From the NCBI RefSeq assembly GCF_009914755.1, contig NC_060934.1: a stretch of 64,000 nucleotides of DNA; one strand, 5' to 3'. The DNA comes from the human T2T-CHM13v2.0 reference genome, Homo sapiens. Shown in pieces: positions 18,156 to 31,357 of the stretch. Below the pieces are notes generated by a model that saw only the letters and a list, made by a program, of their open reading frames with translations, was not told the origin of the DNA and ran no database searches. Both the position numbers and the translations under genes were made by a program. Each line of letters opens with the position of its first letter. The stretch's first letter is position 1.

Positions 18156-20249
18156 TTTGGACTTTGATCTTCATTTGCAAAGAGATCCCGCACAAATATC
18201 CAGCTGCCTCACTCGCACAGTCTGTAGAAACATCCCTCCAAGCCTCGCACCAGGGTAGCAAACTTCCTTTTTATAAAGATTCATACCAAAAAAAGCACCC
18301 AATTTGGGATTGTATGTTTGAAAAATCATTTTCTTTTTAAAAAGTGTGAACGTTTTGCTCTGTTGTGAATGATTAATTGTATGTTTTCTTTAGAGTCTAA
18401 AGTTTAGACCCCCTGCCAAAAGTGAATATTCACAAGTATAGCGTTCAGAGAAAGTTCTGAGTGTTGCTTGAATTTGGTTATTTGAGCAACAAGTCTAGAA
18501 ATGAATGCTTGACCTAGCACCCGTGTGAAACTAGCCCGTTAAGCTCTCCAGGTGTCTGAACACGTGTGCTCGCAACTCCTCTGTTAAGCAGGTCACTACC
18601 CTGTGGAGGAAAAAAGTTGCTTTTGCACTGTTGATTCAACACACACACACAAAAATTAGATGTTTTACAAAGCATAGACATAAGCCTTAAAGTGGACCCA
18701 AAATCGTGCAAGGGCAGGATAGAGCGTACACACCAGAATAAAAGGCCTTGTGCAGACAGAGGGTGCCCAGTGGAGTTCTGCCTTGTACTCTCACCCTTAT
18801 CGTTATTTTCTTTCACAGTTACAAAGTGTATTGGGTTTAGTGTCACAATTTTATCTTTTAGTCCCTTCCTTCCTCAACTGCAAAGTCAATGGGGGTAATA
18901 TATGTAACAGCTGAGGGAGGGCTTTCAAGAAGACACGTCTGAAGGGCCGTCAGCACAAAGGGAAAAGATCCATTTAAGCTGCTGTGCTAATAGGAAAAGA
19001 AACCTATCAGCCATCCTCAGAGTAGGAAGTGGTGGTCTATGCCTGCACAAATCGAACACTGCGTCCATTCAGGAGTGGCCAAGGACTGGGCAGCCCAGTG
19101 GGCCACACATCGGGCAAGAGGCTGCCCGAGCCCTGGAGGTGGGGTTGGGGCCTGGAAGCAATCTGATCGGGAAGCAGAGCCCCGAACGGGCTCCGACCTG
19201 TCACATATTTTGTCTCTTTCCTCTTGGGTTAAGATTCTCTGGGGGCTGAGATTCCCCTCTGTGTTCCCTTTGGCCATGACCTGCTAATCACACCTTGTGG
19301 TTTGTGCGATGTCTGAGTTCCCATACCCTGCCAGCCTAACAGCCCTCTAAAGGAGCTTGTGGAAGAGTCCCAATCATTGCCCCAGACCTGCCAAACCCTA
19401 ATCTTAGAACAGTCCCAGGGACACCTCGGTTGCCCAGGCTCCTTAAGGACTGCAGCATAGCTAGGACTAGGAGCTTCCGTGCTGGCCCCAGTCCCAACAT
19501 TCCTTGATGGAACAGAAAGGCTTAGCATAGGAAGGAAACTGCTGATCTGAGATGGCCTCAGAACACCCTGCCCTCCACCTCACCCACTCTCACTAGAGAA
19601 ATCAGTTCACATCTGAATGTGACGCCAAGGATTTGGCGAAACAGGAACTTGGATTCATCAAAGCTGAATTCATTCGATTGAGATTCATTAACAGGCCACA
19701 TCATTTAAACCCTAACTGTGTTCTATTATTTGTAAGAGTCGTACCAAGTGGTGGTCAGTTGCCAGCCTCACGTTTTAATAGTTGCAAGTGGTGCCTACGC
19801 CAGGTGGGAGGGCATCCACCTTCCTCACCAACATTCTATTTTAGAAGTAATGACTCACAATATCGTCACAAAGCTTTCACAAACTCCTCCCACACACCCA
19901 CCCTGTGCAGGAAATGGGGCCATTCTTTCCAATGTACAGATCAGGATGTTGAGGCTCAGATTAAGCTACATTAATTACCCAAACTCACCCAGCTAAAATG
20001 TGTGAGCTGAAACAAACCCAGGTCTTTCCAAATCCCAGCTCTTTTTTTCTAGGACACTGTATTCTGAAAGGCCCTAATTTGTCACCTCTCTGATTTAAAG
20101 GCTTGGCTAATGAATACATGTTGCTGTAAAAACTGTTAAGTGCTATATAAATACAGATCCCTTTGTGGCTGCGAGCAAGCCTTGGTCTACAATCAATCTT
20201 CGATACTCAAAGTACACGTACTGTTACATTATGAAGCAGCACCTTCCAT

Positions 20250-21200
20250 TTCTCTGTACCCAGGTTTCCATCGTTCCTTCTACCTTCTCCATCCCCTTTC
20301 CTGGACCTTCCTCCTCCACCCAGGCTTACCTATAAACATTGATGTTCTGCAACACTCAGGCCGGGAGTGTTCTCTCTGTTTTCTCTCATCATCTCATCTA
20401 GTATGATGACTTCAAATTCCACCTCTCTGCAGGTGACACCCGGAATTACATCCCCAGTTGTGAATATTCCTCTGAGCTTTAGATGCCACGTCAAATGACC
20501 TGGGACACCTTTTGTACATCTGCATGACAACCGAACTGGTGATTTCCGACCGCTCCTCCGTTCCTGCTCTGGTCCATCCCATCTCAGTGTTAAAGCACTG
20601 CCGAGAAACCTCGATCAGTTAGCCCTCATTTCCCTCCCCATCTCGGGAGGTCCCGTCCGTTTTCTGGGTTAATTCCAAAATAATCTTGAATACTAATCCC
20701 CTGGTGCTGTCAGTCCAGCCCATTTCCTTTCCTGTCAACAGCCTCCTAACTGCTCTTGCCTCGCTTCTTAACTCCCTACAACCTGTTCTCCATACTTCAG
20801 CCAAAGGATCTTTCCAGAGTGATCTTGAAACAGATCATACCATTCCCCGGCTTAAAACCCTTCAGTGAATCTTCTGTGTACCTGGAATAGAATCAAGTCC
20901 CTCTGCCCCTCTCCTTCCACTCCCACTCTCAGCCACCAGCTCCAGCCTTACTGATGGGCAGTTCCTCAGCCTCGAATGCTCCGGCACATTTGGAAGGTTT
21001 GTGCCTTCAAGTCTAAGAGAGGTCTTCCTTGACCACCCCGCCTAAAGAGGGTTTCTCCCCTTTCCCCACTTTTCTCTGCCTCCATGCCTATTTCCTGCAT
21101 TGTGCTCTATCACAATGTGCATTTTCATTTTTCCTGTTGGCCCCTAACCCAGGTTTTGGCATGTGGTAGGTTCTCAATAGACACTTGGTGACCAAACAAA
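20250..21200 (-). mobile_element. Degenerate L2 fragments
   Basis: cttaaaacccttcagtg, ccttgaccacccc, tggcatgtggtaggttctcaata are L2-like motifs. Confidence 0.5.
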
Positions 21201-23020
21201 TATTTCATATCTTATTTCTGAAGACTTGAAACACTTTTGCAAAAACTTCTGTTCCTCCTTTCTCCTGCTTCTGGCTCCCAGGAGTCATGTAGAAGAGACC
21301 AGAACCGCAACTTTGCCATTCTCAGCTTCTGTTGCCTTCAGCAGGACCCAGAGTCCCACAAAGAGATGAGAGCATGAGGAAGGTGTGGGGTGCTCAGGAA
21401 ACACCAACAATGCACCTAGCTACACTCTATCCTCCCTGATGTGAATTCATCTAAATGTAAATATTCATTAAAATAGAAATATTGGCTTCTCTCTGGACAT
21501 GGAACAGATCAGAGCTAAGCAATAACTGAGTTCAGACCGGGGTAGCAGGATCCTGATGGGGAAGCCTAGGTTGGGGCCACTATGACCCTGGATCCCTTTT
21601 GGCCTGCATCTCTTTCCCAAGAGCTGGAATATGGTCCTCTCACACCCAAGTATGAGTCACTAAGCAATTCCATCATCCGTAGTCGTCATACACCCAGTAT
21701 TGCTCTCTCCCTCACAGCCACATGAGTTGTGACTGATACACCCAATCTCTGTCCAGTTCAGGACTGTCGCGCTTTCAGAGGGAACATGTCCCCCTTCTCT
21801 GTCTTAGCACCAGGACATACCAGTTCACTGCACATTTCTATTTCTGTATCATCTCTGCCTTTTTGCTTTGCGACCCCTTTGCAATGTTTCAGGTTTCAAA
21901 ATGTATTAGAAGACCAGTGCTCTTACCATGAGGGAGTCCCCGGGGAATGCCCCCCCAAGCCCTGTGTGCATGTTAACATGAGGGCCTTGGCTCCTCCTGG
22001 GCCAAGGCGACTCTCAGAGCAGACTCAGGGCAGTCCCAGGAAGCCAGGCCTAGCCACAGGGGCACAAAAGCAGGGCATATCCCCAAAGGTCACAGGGTGA
22101 CTCTCAGGTGGCTTACACTTCTGCTGAGGCCCTGGACTCTCTCCTCCACCCATCAATAACTTCCTCTTTCATTCTGCTGAAAACTACAACCAAACTGAAG
22201 AACCGGGCCCCTTTTCGTTTTTTCCTAGAAGGCCTTTATCACATTCTGGTTTCTCCAGGCCATTTCCATGCCTGGTCCTTGACGGCCGGCATCTCCAACA
22301 GCAGCAACTCTCTTTGGTTTCTGTCTGGTTTGGGATTCCTGGCCCTGGAAGCTGTCACTACCCGCTTCATGTCTGCTGCCGTTTTCTCCTTCAGAGTGGA
22401 AATCACGCAGCCATCGTGCCTGGCTTAGCTCTCAGGGAGGCAAACTCCACACCTGAGCTTACCTGGCTGCCCCATCGTCCCATTCCACAGCAGACAACAA
22501 TTTGCAAATACTTTCTGCTATGACTGAAAAGCAGCTCGTGTTGCTTTGACTAGAACCCACGTGAAAAGAGCCTCCCTGAGGTCCCCGCTAGAGAGGGTCT
22601 CCTCCCTTTTTTTCCCCAAAATTAGAAAGTCAAACTCCTACTTGTCCAAACTCACCACAATTCATTGAATTTTTCTGAGTAGTGGCAGCCCTGGCTAAGA
22701 GTCTGAGGAGCCCTGCGTCCCTTGGGAAAGTGGGGGAAGCCTAAAGCAGGGGCCTCTGTACAGAGGTTCAGGACCCCTCCCCACCCTGCTGGAGGAGCAC
22801 ATCTAGAGATGGTGGCGTGAGCCTAGGGGTTCCGCTGAAAAGACAAGCGGCGTGCAAGGGATGCCACAGAAACGCAGGATGCCCGGGAAGGAGCCTCCAC
22901 AGCTACGCAGGCACTCCCGTGACACTGCTCACCTGGTACGGTTCTGTGGTTGGAAAAGCAATTTCTATTTTAAAATACTTTTTATAAGAAGATGACTTTC
23001 CTTTCAGACAAAGCCAAACG

Positions 23021-23026
23021 TTTAAT
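23021..23026 (-). terminator. DUSP29 polyadenylation signal ATTAAA
   Basis: tttaat on + strand, about 340 nt past the stop codon; cleavage expected near 23000. Confidence 0.65.
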
Positions 23027-23365
23027 CACAACATACTGCCTACACATTTTAAAATCTTTTCCCTCTTCCTTCTCACCAAAAAAACAAAACCAAAGCAGGA
23101 GACTTGGTGCAGCGTGGCATGCTCCTCTGTGACCCAGAGCCGGGGAGCCCGTCCCTCCCATTTTGCTGAGAGGCTGAGCGCTCAGCTCTGCCCGGGGGCA
23201 GCTCTGGGTCCTCCCTGTCCCCAGCACACATGGGGAAGTTGAACAAGATGGTTTGGAAGAGTCGAGCTTCGGTTTCACCATCCCTTCTCTGGAGTCCTAG
23301 GCCAGGGCTATGTTCTGCCTCTCCCCTCTGTCCCCAAGTGCCTCTGCTGGCCCTGTGAGTCGGGC

Positions 23366-23607
23366 CTACAGCTCCCTGCCATCCTCCTCCTCACCGTCCT
23401 GGCGCTGGGACCGTCGCCTCTGCTGCACCAGCTGCTTGTCCAGCTCCCGGAGCTGCTTCAAAAAGCCCCGGTTCGGGAGGACGCAGCGGTTCTTGGCCAC
23501 TTGCTGGATGGCGTCCACCAGGGTCATGTCCTTGTGGATCATCAGGTAGGCCAGGACCAGGGTGGCTGACCGGCTGCGGCCCATGACGCAGTGAACCAGG
23601 ATCTTAC
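23366..23607 (-). CDS. DUSP29: DUSP29 last coding exon with the HCxxGxSR catalytic loop
   Basis: Acceptor ctccatctgcag|GT; [22 protein letters not shown]...PNRGFLKQL...GREL*; exons total 663 nt = 220 aa + stop; catalytic Cys147 codon at 23590-23588. Confidence 0.96.
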
Positions 23608-24366
23608 CTGCAGATGGAGCAGGGAGGAGAAAACCCACACTGAGGGGCAGGTGTTGGGGGCACAGGTAGGGCCCACTCCCATCCTGACTGTCACCCTCTC
23701 GCCCACAGAAAGTGACTCAGCACTGTGCCCCACAGCTGCCTCTGTAGAACGGGGACACTCTCGGTGTCTTCTTCATAGGGTTGTTGAGAAGGCAAATAAC
23801 CCTGTAAATAACTCGATTTTAGCACAATTTGTTTGTGCTAATGAATGGCTGCTGAGCTCCTACAGTGTGGCTGGGCTGCCTTTCCCCTGAGCACCATGGC
23901 CAGAAAGCAAGCACCCACTTCTTGATTGCTGTTTCGGATCTGGGGGAGGCTGGTCCCAGGTTCTCCCTGGCATGACCGCGCTCCTGGGGTGTGAACGTGT
24001 CCAGCTGGATGAATGTCCACCCCTGGCATTCAAATCCCACGGACCTTTCTGGAGGCTGCCGGGCCTCTGGCCAGCCCTGCTGATAACCAAAGCGTTTCTT
24101 CCTCTCCCAGAAAACAGGGTAATTCTTTCTGTCATGACTCAGTACTTGAAACAGATGAAAGCTGTAGTTCATTAAGCCTTTTGGGGGCCTGAATTCTGTT
24201 AAGTGGCAGAGGGGAGGGGAGAAAGAGTTGGAAGGGAGATGGAGGGGGTGGGAGGAGAGGGGGAGGTGGAGGGAGCAGGAGAGAAAGGGGAAAAGGAGGG
24301 ACAGAGGACACTAAGCTCTGGTAGGAGTTCCAAGAGCTGAATTTTGTTTCCAAGACTAGGGCATGA

Positions 24367-24449
24367 GGCCGGGCGCGGTGGCTCACACCTGTAATCCCAG
24401 CACTTTGGGAGGCTGAGGTGGGCGGATCACTTGAGGTTGGGAGTTCAAG
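24367..24449 (+). mobile_element. Alu 5' fragment
   Basis: Consensus start through gagttcaag, then abrupt break. Confidence 0.88.
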
Positions 24450-24858
24450 CTGGGTGAATGCACATGTGTTACTATTGGAGGAGTCAGGCCTATTGAGAAG
24501 AATCAAGGTCCAGGCAACACTTTTGTTCCTTCTTGTGGTCAGATTAGCTGAGACCCATCATGCCAGAGCACATCTCTTACCATCACAGGGGCCAGCACTA
24601 TACCTGTGTTGGGCTTTTATTTCCCAACTTCTGTCAGAGCTCCTAGGGTCCCCCTGGCCAGAGCACACTTGTTGCAGTGGGAGAGATCAGCGCCCCTCTC
24701 ATGCTTGGAGATACTTTTCTTCATGACTACAGTCAGAGCCCTTGAGGCATGCCTGACCACAGTTCATCTTTAGGAACAGCAGCAGCTAGTGCATACCTAT
24801 GCTTGCAGGTCCTTATGTTCTCACATACAGTCAGAGCACCTGGAGCCCATGTGGTTAA

Positions 24859-25052
24859 AGCCTGGCCAACATGGCAAAACTCCATCTCTACACAAAAATT
24901 AGCCAGTCGTGGTGGTGCACCTGTAGTCCCGGCTACTCAGGAGGCGGAGGCAGGAGAATTGCTTGAACCCAGGAGTTAGAGGTTGCAGTGAGCTGAGATC
25001 GCGCCACTACACTCCAGCCGGGGCGACAGAGCAAGACTGCATCTCAAGAAAA
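24859..25052 (+). mobile_element. Alu 3' fragment (continues the 24367 fragment)
   Basis: Resumes at agcctggccaacatgg and runs through the right arm. Confidence 0.88.
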
Positions 25053-25330
25053 GGAAACCCAAATCCAGAATCTCTACTGCTCCTCAATTGCATGCTTTTA
25101 GGAGTGACTGGAAGGTAGGCCTCTGTCACGAAAATCAGACGTAGGCTAAGACTGTTACCCTGCACCACGCTCCGCCCCGCAGCCAGGTGTGCTCCTTGCT
25201 AAGCAGACTCCTTCCTTGCTTTCAGGAGATGCTTTCTGCCCATCTCCCATGCACTATCTGGGAACCTGCCTTTCTTAGTAACTTGCAAAGAAATTCTGGT
25301 AGAGCCCTTACTTCTTCCCAAGAGGTTCTA

Positions 25331-25803
<473 letters not shown>

Positions 25804-26799
25804 TTATTTATTCATACTTCCCTTATCCATAATATATTTTAAGATGCCTTCAGAAGCAGGCCATGGACTGCCAAAAGGAGAGCGTGATACTAAAGTCTGA
25901 TCTTTAGCGCCTCGTGGCATTTGCCCTGGAGTTTCTTAGAAGACTTCATTAAATTAAAACCACACTAATTCACCTCGGAGGATGCCGAATCGGGGGCAGT
26001 TAAAGCAACCCAAGTGGGGTTCCTGTGACAGTATTTTGTGAGTACTTCTTTTTCTGATGAAGAGTGACAAATTCAGTTTTTTCAGATCCTATAACCAGCT
26101 GGCATGACTCGCCCTCCATGATATTCGGTGACCTCTTATACAGCAAAGTCACCAGGTGCTCAAAATAAGGGCAGAGGACTCTTCTGTGAGGCCTCGGTGA
26201 CAGAAGGAATCCCCGCTGGTAGGCAGGTGTCCTGATGGCGCTGCCTCTGATTAGCTCTGTGACCCTGGGCACCTCACTTGTCTTCTCTGGGCCTCTGTTT
26301 GCCCAGCTGTCAGGGCAGGACCAGGGACTGGATTATCTCCGAGATATTTTAAGAGTGACTGAGGTTGCCTGGGGAGTTCTTTATAAAGGGTCAAGTCAGG
26401 GTAGTGATGGGATGGGAGAGGGCCCCAGGGGCTGATTACAGCCCACGAGTACAGCTCCACAAGGAACGCTTTTCAAAAAGAGTGAAAATGACCGGCTGTG
26501 AGAAGCCAGGTAGGGGGAATGGTGTACACTTGGCTGAAACCAGTCAATGAGAACAAAGAACATAGACAAGAGGAAGCAAGGAGTGATGCCTTGCTTTTTG
26601 GCCAGACTGTCTATCCACACCACTTACATAGAGAGTGTAAGAAACATACAAGTAGGTCCAGCACTAAAATGCCAAGCAGTGTCCCTTGCCTAGACACAAC
26701 TGCATGTGGCAGGTGGGCTGAGCACCTGCCGTCCACTGGGTATGAAGTCTGTGGCATTGCTGCTGCTGAGCTAGCGGGCATTTTGTTTGGTTGCTCTGG

Positions 26800-27135
26800 C
26801 CACTCAGGGCACAGGTTACAACCTGATGGCCATTGGGTTGCTTTAGTCTGTCCTTTGCAGCATTTTAAGAAATTTCAATCTGTTGCCAAGACCTAAAAAT
26901 CGAGTGATTTTATAATCCAGATTGGAGACTTCTGAAAAGTCAGATCTCCCACATTTGCACTGACTCTCACAAGACAAGCATTAGCTGAGGCTGGGTGGCA
27001 GGTGCCCCTCTGAAGGGGTACAGGGCTCTCTGCTTAGCCACAAGTGCCCCCTACCCACACCCCTCCGCTGTACATGCAGCCATCTTCATTTGTTTACACT
27101 CTGCATGGTTCTGCAGGGTAGGCGTTTGAGCCCTG
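26800..27135. mobile_element. MER102-like hAT-Charlie DNA transposon remnant
   Basis: gttgccaa...taaaaatcgag...ccagat...cttctgaaaa...gctgagg...tgcccct, MER102-like. Confidence 0.45.
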
Positions 27136-29089
27136 ACTTGAATTATTTAGATATGCCAGTGCAAAGGTGCTGAGAGCAGAGCCTACCCTGCCATCTCCAG
27201 TGGGGTCATGTCCTGCTCCCCATCCCTAGCCATCTGGTCGAGTCCCGGCACCCCCATCCATTCATTCTATCCCACTCATAGTCTCTGATCCAAGTATCTA
27301 CTCTCCTCCGTTGGCCCTTTGTTTGCTAGGTGCCACCTGGTCTAACAGTCATGATCCACAGCAGCCTGACACCTCCTCATAATGTTCTGTCATCTGCCTA
27401 GGCCTAAGCTTCAACTTGAGAGCCTGATTCTTTCTGGATTTGGCAGTGGGGGCAGACCCTAAAATTGAGTGCCAGGAACCTACAACAAGCTTTCATGTGA
27501 GTATATCTTACAGTTCAAAGTTGGAATGTCTTTTTTTTTTCTTTGAGGATTGGAAACTTTACGATGATGATGTGCACATGCTGGCGTGGTTATATGCTTC
27601 ACAGTGTATGACCACGCTTTATCAAATACATCCGAGAGCCTGCTGTCCACCAGGTTCTATGCTAAGCGCTTTACGCGCGTTACTGCTGATCCTCATTATA
27701 ACCTCTGAAGGTAAATATTTTTATCACCGGATGGAGAAACCAAGGCTCAGAGAAATCACATCGTTAGTAAATTGTGTGACAGAAATGTAAACCCAGCCCT
27801 GTCTTCTCCGAAGCCTGCCAGGCCCCTTCCATGAAGGGTAAGGTCTAAAATATAGTAATGGCAAGTGAGTGCATTAAACAGAAACTGAAGGATTAGGTTG
27901 TTGCAGTCTTTGTTTTTTTCATGTCAAATGTGTTTTCAGTTAACTTCAAATACTATGAGGCAAATTTTACCTTGTGGTGATGACTCAGTTCAGTTGTGTT
28001 TTTGATCCTGCTTGGAAACCCAGAATGTACACAGCACAAAAGATGGTTCATAAATAGACTCATAAAAGGAAGGCCTGGAAATGAGGCATCTTCTAATACA
28101 GGCATGTTAGCTCTAAGGGTTTTTTTTCATTGTGACATTGCTTTCTGAGCCAAAATAATGACAAATTGTTGGTGGCTATGGTTGGCTGTGGGGCCAGGGC
28201 CACCTTGGGATGTCCATTAAGGTCTGATATTGTCCAGCAGACCTGGCCTAGGCCCAGCCCCAGGTTGCAAGTTCCTGCAGCAGACTATTTGGTCAGTCAC
28301 TGAGCCTTGTAATCACAACCTCTTGTGGCAAGAAAGGCTTTCAGTAACCAGATACCCTGAATTATGTGATGGCTCCACAAAGGGGTGTGTGACACATTGG
28401 GCTGAAGTCAGAGCACAGATTAGGGAGCTGAAGTCCCTCTGGCCTCTGTGGAATTCCACTGAAGTACACCCTGCAGCAATAACTGTATATTGTCTTACCC
28501 CCGATGCGTCCCTAAGCTGTGCCCTTCTCTCCAAAATAGCCTTGTAGCCTTTGCTGGATTAGGGTAGCCAACAGTGCATTCTGAGCACAAAGACTAGCAC
28601 TGTGATTTAAAAGCTGGATAATTAACACTGGGAAAACTTGGACGCTGGGGGTGCAAAACCCAAATTATACCTCAAATACAGCGTGCCAGTAAAGCCCAGC
28701 TTGTCAGCTTTCTACTGGAGGCCTCACGAGGCTGAGTGTAACTGGGGAGTGTAACTTGGTTGGTGGGCAGGAGAATTTAAGGTCTCTCCATGGATTCCCA
28801 CTCAAGTCAGCTCCCTGAGGGTTTTCTGGCATCAAAGCCCTTGGCTACTAGTTGGGTTCAGGCCCAGGCACAATTAGTGTCTCCGGCCGCAGTCCCAGCT
28901 TTGAGAGCTCCCAGACCGCCTCCGCCTTTTGAAGGATGGCAAATGTTCTTTAGCAAAGACTCCGACCAAAAGGCCTTTTATTCTTACGCCCTATTTCCAT
29001 TCCCCAGAGCTGCAATCAAGGCCCGAACCCCACCAGCAGCACGCTGGGTGGTGCAGGTCCTTAAACCTTCACAGCTTCCAGGGGCTCGG

Positions 29090-29630
29090 ACCTTTACCCT
29101 CGGCCACAAGCAGCCCCAGTGGCCCAGCTTTGCGACAAAGATTTCGCACGCGCACATCCCGCTTCCGGCCTGGGCCTCAGACGGGGAAACCTTGGGCTAA
29201 GGGCGGAGCCTAGGCTAGGGGCGGAGCCTTAGTGGGGCGGGGAAGGGGCGGGGCCTAAGCTACGGGCGGGGCGAGTCGGGGCGGGGCGGGGCGGGGCCGA
29301 TCGGGGCGGGGCCGCGGGTCTCTTACTGTGGTCGTCGCTTAGCGCTCTGTCGATGAAGGCTGCCGCCGGGTAGAAGAAGACACTGAGGTCGAAGGTGGGC
29401 AGGTCGTCGGCCTCCACGCCGTGGTACTGGATGTCCATGTCGCGGTAGTAGTCGGGCCCAGTGTCCACGTTCCAGCGGCCGTGGGCCGCGTTCAGCACGT
29501 GCGTGAACCCCGCCTTCTGCAGCCTATAGCGGTCCAGCGCCGTCGCCCTGGGCGCAGGGGAGAGAAATCTGTGGGCGCGCGGCGCCCTGCCCCGGGTCCG
29601 GGAAACTCAGGGGCCACCCACGCTTTCCGC
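29090..29630. promoter_or_regulatory. Intragenic CpG island over DUSP29 coding exon 2, with GC-box array
   Basis: Dense CpG; nine GGGCGG between 29201 and 29309. Confidence 0.75.
29327..29547 (-). CDS. DUSP29: DUSP29 second coding exon
   Basis: Acceptor cccctgcgcccag|G, donor CACA|gtaaga; 221 nt; [23 protein letters not shown]...[15 protein letters not shown] (DUSP general-acid loop region). Confidence 0.95.
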
Positions 29631-30604
29631 TGTGGATTCCAGTTCCAGAATGAGGACTAGTTATTGCAAATGAAGTCCCAAAGCTCTGCTCTTACCCGGT
29701 CCCCTAGGCCACCTGCACTGTTTTGTGATTCTGGCTCGGCTGTCTCAAGAAAGGACAGGGTGGAGGCTGGGGTAGGCAAGCTGAGCTATTCGTTCGTCCA
29801 TTAGTTCTTTCATCATTCAGTATACACAGCGGAACCTGGTGCTGGCCTCTACGGTGGTCGCAGATCTGGACCTGCCAAATCGCCTGAAAGCCCTCCAGAA
29901 TAACCTGTTCATCAGGGCTGCCTTCTCCCAACCTCTGCTCTGAACCTGCTGGATGTTTTTAGGGTTTGGAGATGGACGCTCAACTGAATGGTTTAAAGCA
30001 AGGCCTTCCATAAGAGGATTGGATTGGGATTGGGCAAAGTTCACAAATTCACGTTGGCACGATGTGAACGGGAAAGTGTTGCTTTGGGGAGCTGTTGCCC
30101 AGCTGGGCAGAGCATTGTTCTGAGAAGGAGGGCTTTTTGAGCCATCTGTTGTTTGAATTGATTGCAGGGAAGTTCTTGAAGCCAGCAGTGAAGTTATTTA
30201 ATGGGCTACAGCTTTATCTTTCTAGGCAAGAATTTCCAGGAACAGTAAAGTCCTCTTGAAGTAGGTGGCTCTGAAATATGACTCGATGAGAAGGCAGCAT
30301 GGTGGGGCCGGAGTGGAGATGGGCTGCCAGAGGAAACACGGGTTCTTCCTGCCTGTGGGGTGGGGCAGGGAGAGGCCTGTGTCACTACAAGTGTCAACAT
30401 TTGGTGATGGAGGGGAAGAAGGAGGCAAGCGCGGGCCAAGCCAAGGAAACAGCACCACCTGAGGTATGGAGGCTGGAGACAACGAAGGCCTTTCAGGAAG
30501 CATTGTCTATTTCCTGTAATCAATTATCCATCCCCAAATAATTATTTGCAATCTATTATGTGCCAGGCACTGTGCTGGGTGCTGATGGTAAAGAAATGAA
30601 CAGG

Positions 30605-30929
<325 letters not shown>

Positions 30930-31357
30930 TCAGGAAGGTCAGATACTAATGGGGGTAGGAAATAAACAAAGATAATTTTAGATAGCAGTGAGAGCTATCC
31001 GAAGGACCTAAAACTTCATGACATGATACAAAATGACTGTGGTCCTGCTTCAGGCAAGGCGGTCAGGAAAGGCCACTGTGGGGAGGTGGTGTTTAAGCCA
31101 AGACTGAGGGATGAGAAGGCTGAGGAAGAGTTGGAGAGAAAGCGTTTCATCCAGGCAGAGGGAACAACTGCTGAGAACAGAAAGGAAGCCAGTGTGGCTG
31201 AAGTGGCAAGGGGAATAGGAGTTTGGAAAGGTAGAGGGGCTGGAGCATGGTGGGCCCTGCCCGCCATAGGAAGGAGTATTATTGCAAGTGTGGTGGAAGT
31301 CTGCTAGAGGATTTTAAGAAAGAAGTAAGCATTGTTTACTTTTTTAAAGATCAATCT

